The notes beneath the pieces were generated by a model. It was given only the letters and a program-made list of their open reading frames with translations, did no database searches and was not told where the DNA came from. Positions 46,549 to 56,600 of a stretch of DNA of 64,000 nt are shown piece after piece. The first letter of the stretch is position 1; each line of letters opens with the position of its first letter. Both the position numbers and the translations under genes were made by a program. Source of the stretch: Folioceros fuciformis (taxonomy: Eukaryota); contig JBNGIO010006373.1 of assembly GCA_049999805.1 (NCBI GenBank), forward strand, positions 98,231 to 162,230. The letters run 5' to 3'.

Positions 46549-49483
46549 ATGGGGCAATGCTCGGAGATACTCAGCCCGAGCTGTGCTATATCGCCAGCAG
46601 ACAGACCCTCTGCCTCGTCTGTGATCAGACAGCAAGACTTGAAGAAGCCCCTGGGCTTTGGTGATTCAGAGTCGCAGCTCGCTCGGCTGGGTGCTGAACT
46701 TCATGAATCGGTGAAGGGACGTCAAGGGTCTGAGTTTCGGTTGATTCTTGACAAAGGAAGGTGATCCCTTGCTGCGCAGGAGATCCCGTGCTGTATTGTA
46801 GTGTCACGTACTGAACTTCGTGGAAGAAATCCTAATGCAGCCTTGAAATCCCGTGTCGGCTTGCAGGTCAAAGAGCTATGGTGGGGCTGAAAGACTTTGC
46901 AAGTTGGGCCAACTGGACAAGGCCCTGGCCACCCTGGTGGGCATGGACGAGCTGGGAATGGTGCCTTCGGTGCAGTTGTATAAGTGCTTACTGGAGGCGT
47001 GCATCAACAAGAAGGCCCTGGTTGAAGCTAGAGCAGTTCGTGCTCATATGGCAAAACATGGGTTGGAGGCCAACAAATTCTTAGGTGAGCTTCTGGTTGC
47101 AACTCTGGTGAAATGTGGGAGTATCACAGATGGGATTCAGGTGTTTGAGAAGTTGTCGCGCAGAACAGTTTTTTCGTGGACAGCAGTCATTTCAGGGTAC
47201 AGCAATGCTGGGCAGGGCAGGCAGGCTCTCTCGTGCTACCAGGACATGCTTCAGGAGGGTGTACAACCTGACAAGTACACGTTTGTCAGCTTACTGAAAG
47301 CGTGCAGCAAGTTGGAAGACTTAGAAGAGGGCAAGCGGATTCATGAACATGTTCTGAGAAATGGGCTTGAGTCTGATGTCTTTGTGGGTAGTACTTTGGT
47401 CAGTTTGTATGCTAAGTGTGGCGACCTCACTATTGCGCAACAGGTATTCGACAGACTGGTGCACCGCAATGTCGTATCCTGGACTGCATTGATTGGAGCA
47501 TATGCCCAGAGGGGCCAGGGAGAACGGGCTTTGCAGATTTATGCTGACATGCGCAAGGAAGGAGTGACGCCCGACGGTAGGACTTTTGTCAGCGCTCTTC
47601 AAGCGTGTAGCAACCTTGCAGACAAGGAGGAGAGTGTTCTTGTACATGGGGAGCAGGTCAAAGTCAGGACACTGAGCAAGGGAAGTGAAATACATGCTGA
47701 AGCTACTCGGCTGGGTTTTGATTCTGATGTGTTTGTTGCTAGCAGTCTAGTTAGCATGTATGCAAAGTGTGGGAGCTTGAAGGATGGACGAGAGGTGTGC
47801 TGTCAGATGTCCCACCATGATGTAGTATCATGGAATGCCATGATTGCAGCATTTGCTCAGCAGGACCAAGGAGAACGTGCATTGCAAGTATATGAGGAAA
47901 TGCAAGTAAAGGCAATCAAGCCAAATGCTCGAACCTTTGTGAGCGCTCTGCAAGCGTGTGGTGCCCTTGCAGAAAAGGAGAGAAGTGCTCTGACTCATGG
48001 GCAGAATGTCAAAGTGGAGTCGCTGCGGAAAGGGAGTAAAATACACGCAGAAGCTGTTCGCCTCGGGTTTGAGTCGGATGTGTTTGTTGCAAGCACTGTG
48101 GTGAGCATGTATGGGAAGTGTGGAAGCATAAAGGACGCCAGGCAGGTGTTTGACCGAATGACACAACACAATGTGGTGTCATGGAATGCAATCATTGCAG
48201 CATATGCACAGCAGGATCAAGGTGGAGTCGCCTTGGAGCTTTATGAGCGCATGCAAGAGAAAGGTTTCAGGCCAGATTCCCGGACCTTTGTCAGCGTTCT
48301 CCAAGCATGTGGCAGCATTGCAGACAAAGAAGAAAGTTCACTGTTAGATGGTCAAATAATCAAAGCGGGGTCCCTGCAGAAGGGAACAGAACTGTATGAG
48401 AAAGTAGCCTCCAGGGGTTTTGACTCGGATGTGTTCGTCGGTAATAGTCTGGTTAGTATGTTTGCAAAGTGCGGGAGCATCAAGGATGCACGTCGCATAT
48501 TCGATGAATTATCCCACAAAGATGTGGTCTCGTGGAATGCCATAGTTGCAGCATATGCTCAACAAGACCAGGGGGAAAAGGCCCTTCAGATGTATGGGCA
48601 AATGCAGGATGAAAGTATGGAACCAAATGAGGCCACGTTCCTATGCGTCCTCGAAGCTTGCAGCAAGACAGGAGCCCTAGATATGTGTAGGAGTATCCAC
48701 CAGGACGTTGTGGATAGAGGGTTTGAATGCTGCCTGTCTGTAGCAACCAGTCTAATTCATGCCTATGGCAAATGTGGGAGCATGGTTGATGCTCGGAAGG
48801 TGTTTGAGGCCCTGCCTAAACCTGATCCAGTTTCGTGGAATGCGCTGATTGCCGGGTACGCCCGACAAGGAGATACTGCAAAATGCGGGCAGTGTTATGA
48901 GGAGATGTGTTGTAAAGGAATGAAACCCGATAGAGTTACATTCTTGGCTCTTCTGTCTGCCTGCAGCCATGCTTGCATGGTGGACTCGGGGCTACAGTAC
49001 TTTGCCAGAATGACAACAGAGCATGGAATCACTGCGGAGCTGGGGCATTTTGTTTGCATCATAGATCTAGTAGGCCGCGCAGGCCTCTTCACAGAAGTTG
49101 AAGAGTTGATCTTAAAAATGCCAATGCAGCCTGATTTCCCTGCGTGGCTGTGTATTCTCAGCGCCTGCCGTATACATTGTAACGTGGTGCTTGGGAGGCA
49201 TGCCTTCAACTGTGCCGTTGCCCTAGAGCCAGAACAAGCGTCACCTTATGTGCTCATGTCAAATATTTATGCTCATGCTGGCATGTCAGAGTGTGCAAGG
49301 GAGATAGAACGGTTGCGAGAAAGCAAGGGTGCTTGGAAGAAGGCTGGACAGAGCTGGATCGAGTACAAGCAAGAGTTGCACACCTTTATGGTGGGCGACC
49401 ACAGGCACCAGCAAGAATCTCTGCTGTATGGATTGCTGAAAGAATTAAGTCCAAAATTGCAAGTGGTGGGGTATGCTCCTTGA
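46549..49483 (+). CDS. PLS-class PPR RNA-editing specificity factor, E1-E2-E+ with no catalytic DYW; exon 1 46549-46760, exon 2 46867-49483
   Basis: P-L-S triplets, P2-L2-S2, E domains (PDFPAWLCILSACRIH; PYVLMSNIY), then KKAGQSWIE..HTFMVGD..GYAP*. GT at 46761 and AG at 46865-46866 join the 46549 ORF in frame. Confidence 0.9.
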
Positions 49484-49806
49484 TGGTTTGCCAGCCAAAC
49501 CTACAGGTTGCTTCATTCATTATCTTGCAGCTGGGATGCTCTGCGCTTCCACGACGCTGTGTCCAGTAGAGTCAGCAGTGTCTTGTGAAACCATTCCCCC
49601 ATATACGCAGTTCCGGTAATGAAATACTATAGTAATCAAGCGCGAGCCAGAACCCGAGAATTCTAGTTTCGTATACTAGCGTGGACCAAACGGCCAAGCC
49701 AATAATTGAGCACGTCTATGCTAATCTAACTTGTATATGCTTTCCATTTGTCACACCAGCCCAGAGATTCTCCAGAGTTGACCCATAGCAAACATTTGGA
49801 AATAAT

Positions 49807-52800
49807 CTAATCCAGCTTTGCATTTCCCCTGGGATCGTTCTCATCTCCAACCAGAAAGCTATGAACGAATCCTTCCATGTCTGTCCACCAGCTCTGACCA
49901 GGCTGTTTCCAAGCTCTGATTTCTTTTCTCCTCACCTGTATTGCCTGTGCTTGCTCCCACATATGGGCACCATTGTATATGTTTGACATCAATACATACG
50001 CCGCAGAATCTTTCTGGTTTAGCTTCAATGCTTCATCAAAACAATGCCGTCCCACCTCCACGTTGTTCCATTTTTGACATGAGCCTAACAAGGTATACCA
50101 TACTGCGGCATTAGGCAATACAGGCATCGACCTTATCAGCGCTATTGCCTCATTCAATTGGCCTGCACGGCCAAGGAGATCCACCATGCATGTGTAGTGC
50201 TCTACTGTGGGAGTGATGCCATAGTCTCTGCTCATGGCTTCAAAATACTCCATCCCCTTGTCCAAAAGACGCGCGTGACTGCATGCTGTTAGAACACTTA
50301 GAAATGTGATACCATCTGGCTGTATACCATCCTCTTTCATTCTCTGGATCAATTCAAAGACCAATCTGCTGTTTCCTTGACCGGTGTACCCTGCCATAAG
50401 TGCGCTCCAGGTTACGACATCTCTTTCCGCCAATACTTCAAAAACCTGATGTGCATCAACCATGCTCCCAGACTTTCCGTACATGTTTATCAAACCTCGG
50501 GCTACAAACACATCAGCCTGAAGGCCTAGCGCTTCAATCCGTGCATGTAGCTGCCTTCCAAGGCTCAAAGCTGCCAGGCTTGCACATGCCTGAAGGAGCG
50601 AGACAAATGTCACAGAATCAGGTACAGCCGCGTCCTCTTCTTGCATAACACTGTAGAGATGAAGGGCTTCCTGCCCCATCCCCTGCTGTGCATATGCAGT
50701 GATTATTGCATTCCACGTCACAACGTCTTTGTCATCCAGTTCCTCAAACACTCTCTGAGCATCTTCCAAGCTACCACACTTTGCATACATATTCACAACA
50801 TTGTTCGCCACAAACACATCAGCCTGATGTCCTTGTTCCCAAATCCGAGCATGAATCTGCTTCCCCTCCTCCAAAGCTGGGCTCCCCACACTTGCACATG
50901 TCTGCAGGAGACACACAAATGTCAAGGGATCAGGTACAGACATACCTTCATCTAGCATAGCATTGTAAAGACATACAACTTCCTGCACCATGCCCTCCTG
51001 GGAATATCCAGACATCAGGGCATTCCACGTCACCACATCTTTGTGACTAAGACCATCAAACACGTTCTGGGCATCCTCCAAGCTGCCACACTTTGCGTAC
51101 ATGTTCACCAAACTGTTGGCTACGAAAACATCATCCTGGTGCCCTTGTTCTATGATTTCAACATGCAGCTGCTTCCCCGTCTCCAAGGCTTGGGTGCCCA
51201 GACTTGTACATGCTTGCAGGAGGCACACAAATGTCACGGAATCAGGTACAGCTATCCCTTCTTCTTGCATATCACTGGAAAGACGGAGGGCTTCCTGCCC
51301 CATGCCCTGCTTGGAATACCCTGCTATCATCACAGTCCACGTCACCACATCTTTCTCAACAAGCTCGTCAAACACAATCTGAGCGTCTTCCAAACTGCCA
51401 CATTTTGCATACATGTTCACTAAACTGTTGGCTACAAATGCATCAGCTTGGTGTCCTTGTTCTCTAATTTGCGAATGTAGCTGTTTCCCAATCCCCAAAG
51501 CTGGACTTCCCAAACTCGCGCATGCCTTCAGGAGGCACACGAAAGTCACAGAATCAGGTGTAACGGTGCCTTCTTCTTGCATAGCATCGTAGAGACGGAT
51601 GACTTCTTGGGCCATGCCCTGCTTAGAATATCCTGAGAGCATGGCATTCCATGTCACCACATCTTTTTGACTGAGTCCCTCAAAAATTCTCTGGGCATTT
51701 TCGAAGCTGCCACACTTAGCATACATGTTCACCAGGCTGTTTGCAACAAACGCATGGCCTTGAGGTCCCCACTCTTTAATTTCTGCATGAAGCTGCTTTC
51801 CCATCTCTAAAGCTGGGGCTCCAACACTAGCACATGCCTGCAGGAGGCACACAAATGTCACAGAATTGGGTGCAGTGATGCCTTCAACTTTCATCTGCTT
51901 GTAAAGACTAAGGGCTTTGTGCCCCATATCCTGCTGGGAATATCCTGCCAACAAGGAATTCCACGTGACCACATCCTTCTCACGAGCTTCGTCAAACACT
52001 CTTTGAGCATCTTCCAAGCTCCCACACTTTGCATACATGTTCACCAAACTGTTGGCCATAACCACACCCACTTCGTGCCCACGTTCTGTTATGTGCGAAT
52101 TAATCTGCCTCCCTTTTTCCAAAGCTGTGTTACCCAAACCAGCACATGCCTGCAGGAGGCAGACATACGTCACAGAATTGGGTGCAACCACAGCTTCCTC
52201 CCGCATATCATCGTAAAGCTGCAGGGCTCTCTGTCCCATGCCCAGCTGCGAATACCCTGCAATGATGGCATTCCAGCTCACTACATCCTTTCGATCAAGT
52301 CCATCGAACACGCTCTGCGCATCCTCCAAGCTGCCACACTTTGCATACATGTTCACCAAACTGTTGGCTACTAAGATATCAGATCGACACCCTTGTTCTC
52401 TGATTCGTACATGCAGGCGCTTCCCCACCTCCAACGCTGGGTTCCCCACCCTTGCACATGCCTGAAGGACGGACAGATAGGTCACAGAATTAGGTAGTGC
52501 GCTGCCTTCTGCTTGCATAGCCCTGAACAGGCAGAGGGCTTCATGGCCCATGCCCTGTTGCGAATATCCAGCGATCATCGCATTCCATGTCACCACATCT
52601 TTCCGACCAAGTCCATCAAACACTCTTCGAGCGTCTTCCAAGCTGCCACACTTGGCATACATGTCCACCAAGCAACTGCAAACGAACAAATCAGACTCCA
52701 TCCCGCTTGCCAGCACATGAGCATGCACCTCCTGCCCAGATTCCAAGTCCCTTCCCCTGGCACAAGCTTGCAGAGCTGCCACAAAGACATGCCCATCTGG

Positions 52801-53448
52801 CTTCACACTTGACCTGCGCATGCTATGGTACAGTTGTATCGCCTGCGTGTCTTGCCCTTGCTTCACATGAGCAGATATTATGGAAGACCACATGAAGGCA
52901 TCGGGAGTGGCAACCATGGTGAACACATCCATGGCGTCTTGCAACCTGCCATGAGAAGCATACATTCGCAGGATGTGATTGCAGAGGAACGTGTCGGCCT
53001 GGTAACCCCTTTTTACTATGAAAGCATGGACTCGGCGACCCACAACGACATCCTTCTGTCCAACACATTCCTTCAGGACTGTGTAAAAAAGAGACCTGGA
53101 AACGCTGCAGTCCGATTCAACCAGAATTCCCACGGCTTCCACAGCCTTCACGAGATGGCCTTGCTCACACAGCTTGCTCACCGTCTCAGCAGTTACTACC
53201 ACATCGTACCATGGATTCCTGAATTTGGAGGCCACGCGATCCGCTTCGACAGCAGCAAGCTCTGAATCGTGGACACTGCTCACATGCTGAGGCTGCTTTC
53301 GGACCCCTTGCTGCGAGATGAGCGAAAGCGTAGGATAGGCCGTACTCCAGGTGCAGTCGTTTGAAGGCAGACGCTTCCTTGACCCACCGATTGACGAAAA
53401 CTGTGTACACAACGGGCAGAGTTGCCCCCGGATTGAATCAATTGCCAT
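49807..53448 (-). CDS. PLS-class PPR RNA-editing factor with ~29 motifs, E1-E2 and truncated WW-type DYW start; intronless
   Basis: 312-nt periodic triplets (MYAKCGSLEDA..VF..KDVVTWN). C-terminus WKQPGQSWWTDMEGFVHSFLVGD..* with no HxE or CxxC. First ATG at 53448. Confidence 0.93.
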   Translation of the reverse strand: MAIDSIRGQLCPLCTQFSSIGGSRKRLPSNDCTWSTAYPTLSLISQQGVRKQPQHVSSVHDSELAAVEADRVASKFRNPWYDVVVTAETVSKLCEQGHLVKAVEAVGILVESDCSVSRSLFYTVLKECVGQKDVVVGRRVHAFIVKRGYQADTFLCNHILRMYASHGRLQDAMDVFTMVATPDAFMWSSIISAHVKQGQDTQAIQLYHSMRRSSVKPDGHVFVAALQACARGRDLESGQEVHAHVLASGMESDLFVCSCLVDMYAKCGSLEDARRVFDGLGRKDVVTWNAMIAGYSQQGMGHEALCLFRAMQAEGSALPNSVTYLSVLQACARVGNPALEVGKRLHVRIREQGCRSDILVANSLVNMYAKCGSLEDAQSVFDGLDRKDVVSWNAIIAGYSQLGMGQRALQLYDDMREEAVVAPNSVTYVCLLQACAGLGNTALEKGRQINSHITERGHEVGVVMANSLVNMYAKCGSLEDAQRVFDEAREKDVVTWNSLLAGYSQQDMGHKALSLYKQMKVEGITAPNSVTFVCLLQACASVGAPALEMGKQLHAEIKEWGPQGHAFVANSLVNMYAKCGSFENAQRIFEGLSQKDVVTWNAMLSGYSKQGMAQEVIRLYDAMQEEGTVTPDSVTFVCLLKACASLGSPALGIGKQLHSQIREQGHQADAFVANSLVNMYAKCGSLEDAQIVFDELVEKDVVTWTVMIAGYSKQGMGQEALRLSSDMQEEGIAVPDSVTFVCLLQACTSLGTQALETGKQLHVEIIEQGHQDDVFVANSLVNMYAKCGSLEDAQNVFDGLSHKDVVTWNALMSGYSQEGMVQEVVCLYNAMLDEGMSVPDPLTFVCLLQTCASVGSPALEEGKQIHARIWEQGHQADVFVANNVVNMYAKCGSLEDAQRVFEELDDKDVVTWNAIITAYAQQGMGQEALHLYSVMQEEDAAVPDSVTFVSLLQACASLAALSLGRQLHARIEALGLQADVFVARGLINMYGKSGSMVDAHQVFEVLAERDVVTWSALMAGYTGQGNSRLVFELIQRMKEDGIQPDGITFLSVLTACSHARLLDKGMEYFEAMSRDYGITPTVEHYTCMVDLLGRAGQLNEAIALIRSMPVLPNAAVWYTLLGSCQKWNNVEVGRHCFDEALKLNQKDSAAYVLMSNIYNGAHMWEQAQAIQVRRKEIRAWKQPGQSWWTDMEGFVHSFLVGDENDPRGNAKLD

Positions 53449-53623
53449 GCCCCAGACAGATATGCCCCGCAACAGCACACGCGGAGCCAATGCACGCAGT
53501 ACACACAGCCCAGCCCATGTGGCTGGGCTGCATCGGCTAGTCGATACGTCTCTGGACAAACCATATGCGTCTACGCCCGTCGCTCCCAAGTTATTACACG
53601 TGTGGATCGGGAACCTAGTGATG

Positions 53624-56600
53624 TTACATAGTCAAGTATTCCTCCAACAATGCGGCTACACTACTCTTCTGGCGCCTCCCCTGATTACTGCCCAAACCAA
53701 CTTTGTCTGAGCTTTCGCGTGACATACGAGGCTCCGAGGACATCCAAGCTCCCAGCAACCCCTTCAGCAAAGTTGTGCAGGCTTGTTTAGCATTGTGGTT
53801 CAAAACGCGCACGCTGTCACGGCGTCCACACTGCAGAAGGACAGCAAGACGTATTAGATGTTTGCACAGGACTCTGAACACTGATTCACCATGTGATGGC
53901 GTAGGAGACCTGAATGCAGCAGGGGCAGCCATATTGACAATCGCACCCTTCGACTACACTCAGAGCCCGGCGCCATATTTCTTCCAGAAACTCATCGAAC
54001 GCCTGAAATTGTTTAGAATCAAATTATCACAACGGTTGGTAAGCAATTCGACTCTCGGGAACTAGGCCTGTCATGCTCTTCTACACACCTGCTTGGCCAA
54101 GCCCATGCCTCCAGGGTAGGCGTCATACATGAATATCTGCACAACATCGCAGTGAGGAGATCCGTGTCAAGGTTAGCCATCGTCATAACAGGTTTCGGCA
54201 CGAAGCGACTAGACAACAAATTCCAAACAGTGTGGAAGGGTCTCGGACCTGTGGATTTGATGTTCCCTCATGTTTCTCCGTAGCAAAGCTGCTCATGTCA
54301 GCTTGTTCGCCTGCACAATGGTTACACATTACATTTGTCAACGGAAACGATCAGGACATGGGGGGTTAAAAAGGAGAGACGCCTAGTCGAACTTACTCAT
54401 TGTCAGAGAGGGAAGAAAAGCTCTCATAACACGAGCCACGGATTCCAGAGCATCATACAGCAAACCCCCTGTTTCCAATTTTTGTCTCACATCCTCAGGA
54501 ATGTCGCACCACTGGAAAACAACTCTCCAAACCATCAGCATCCACACAAAACTCTGATGAGTGACGCCGACACAGTTGCTTTGAAGCTACTTACAAAGCC
54601 CACGGTGTCAAAATTACTTGGAGGGAGATTCAGCACGTTGTGTGAAAGGACGTAGTCCTTTATCAGGTCAATCTGGATGAACTCCACGAGTTGTTCTGTC
54701 ACTTGCAACTGCACAAATATCACCACGTTTTTACTCGGGCCCCTTTCACACAACAGACGTCAAGGTATTTCTTTAAAATTCTCCCACCTTCCCAAAATGA
54801 ACTCTAGTTGCACCAATCATCCTACTGTCGTTCTTCTCAGCCAATATGTGCACACTGAGTCTTTCTTTGACCTCTGCGTTCAACAGTTAAGTCTAAGAGA
54901 AGTTTACAACCATAGCAAAACCAGACATTATTGTTGCAATATGTTGGTCCAAAAAGTTCCAACTTAGACCTGTTACGTAGTTAACATTGCATGGGACGCC
55001 AATTGCCCTCCTGGCTTCTATATTGAAGTCAACTATCTGGTTATATGAGAAAAAATTCCAGGGCTGCGTTAGTATCAGGCAGCACACGTCTCCAGACAGA
55101 ACAAGGTTTGGACCAGTGATGACCTCGTAGCAGTCCCTTTGGTGAGAGTAAATTGCACCTTTATGAAGCCTTCTAAAAGCCCATCTCCTGTCCATTTCCT
55201 CTATGATCCGCTCGTCCTGAGTTAAAAGCTACTCAACGAGAAACACAATCAGGATGTGAGTTTCGCATATACAACTTGGAATTCAATCCCAGCGTGCAGA
55301 GTCTGAAGCTCAGCTACCTGAAATATATCCATTGAGGTTCCACGTATTGGACATCTCATAGAAGGATTGTCTCCAAGTCTGTAACAATATTGTTGCCCTG
55401 AATCAGATATCAGGACGCCTTCCATTGCCAGACCATCTCTGCACTCTGAATACTCCTCTCCGAAGTAATGTTTATCTTCATCTGTTATAGTCAAGAAAGG
55501 TCTGTCAGGACGTAATGCTGGCAATCCAGTTCATTATGGTCACGATTTATCTATGCCCAAGAATCGTTGCCCGCAGTACACCATCTCTGTGAAGCAAACC
55601 TGTAAGAGGCAGTTCATTCGCAGCACAGCAGAGGTGCATTTGTAGCAGTTGAGGATTTGTTGGGTTGCAGTACGCCTTTTCAACGTCTCGGGCGAAGAGC
55701 TGTAAACAAACTTCTGGATGAATACCTCACAAATTCCGCAGAACACGACAAAAGGGCATTTCCAACCTCCTGTATGCCGGAATGATCTTAAATCCAAGGG
55801 TGGTCAAATTTGAACCTTCTCAGGGTTATGCAAGTAGAACCAATCATTTGGCCTCTGTAGGCCGACAACCACCGCGAGGGAGGCTCCATGACGGCGCCCA
55901 GATCGGCCAATCTGTTACGTTTCCGAGACAGATAGAGCTCAGCCATACCATTCTGGAATTCAGCACTTCTCGAGGGAAGCCGTTGAAAGGCCCTTACAAA
56001 CAGAGAGCGAAAAGCTGGCAATGGACGACACGACGGGGAGGAGTTCACAGCGGAACACGCACCTGCTGCCACAAACTGCACACAGTATCCGGCAAACCGA
56101 CATGTACGGTGGCATCTAGGTGGCCTACCTGTGCCAAGGAGGATGGCCGAGTTAGGAGTGAAAGGTGTATTGAATACTTCGAAGACGACTGTTAAAACAC
56201 CGAAACAGGTGGGGAAACGAGGACTTACATCTATCCCAAGCTCAAGGGCTCTGGTAGTGACGAGGGCCTTCAGTGACCCGTCCCGAAGTCGCTGCAAGTC
56301 ACAACCACGCTTTATCCGTTAAGGGGTCAGAATAACTGACAAAAGGGGAGAACATAGGGAAACAGTTCAGAGAAGAGGCAGAAGGGACTTAGTTGGACCT
56401 TTTCTAATTCGCGCCTGTCTTCGGCTGTATATCCTGCCCGGTAACTGTCGACTTTCTTCGCAAGATCATGCAGCTTCTGTTTATGATAATAATCAGAAGT
56501 AGATGAATAAAATTGTTCTAATCATACAGCTTCTGTTTATGATCAGAAATGTTCTTTGTCCGTGCGTAGAAAGATGTGTTGCAGGAAGAAACCTCCGAAA

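Noticed and set aside
49484..49806. Cryptic DYW continuation after either PPR stop codon
   Set aside because: No HSE, CxxC or DYW-like residues read through in frame, and the spacer is too short for two such domains.
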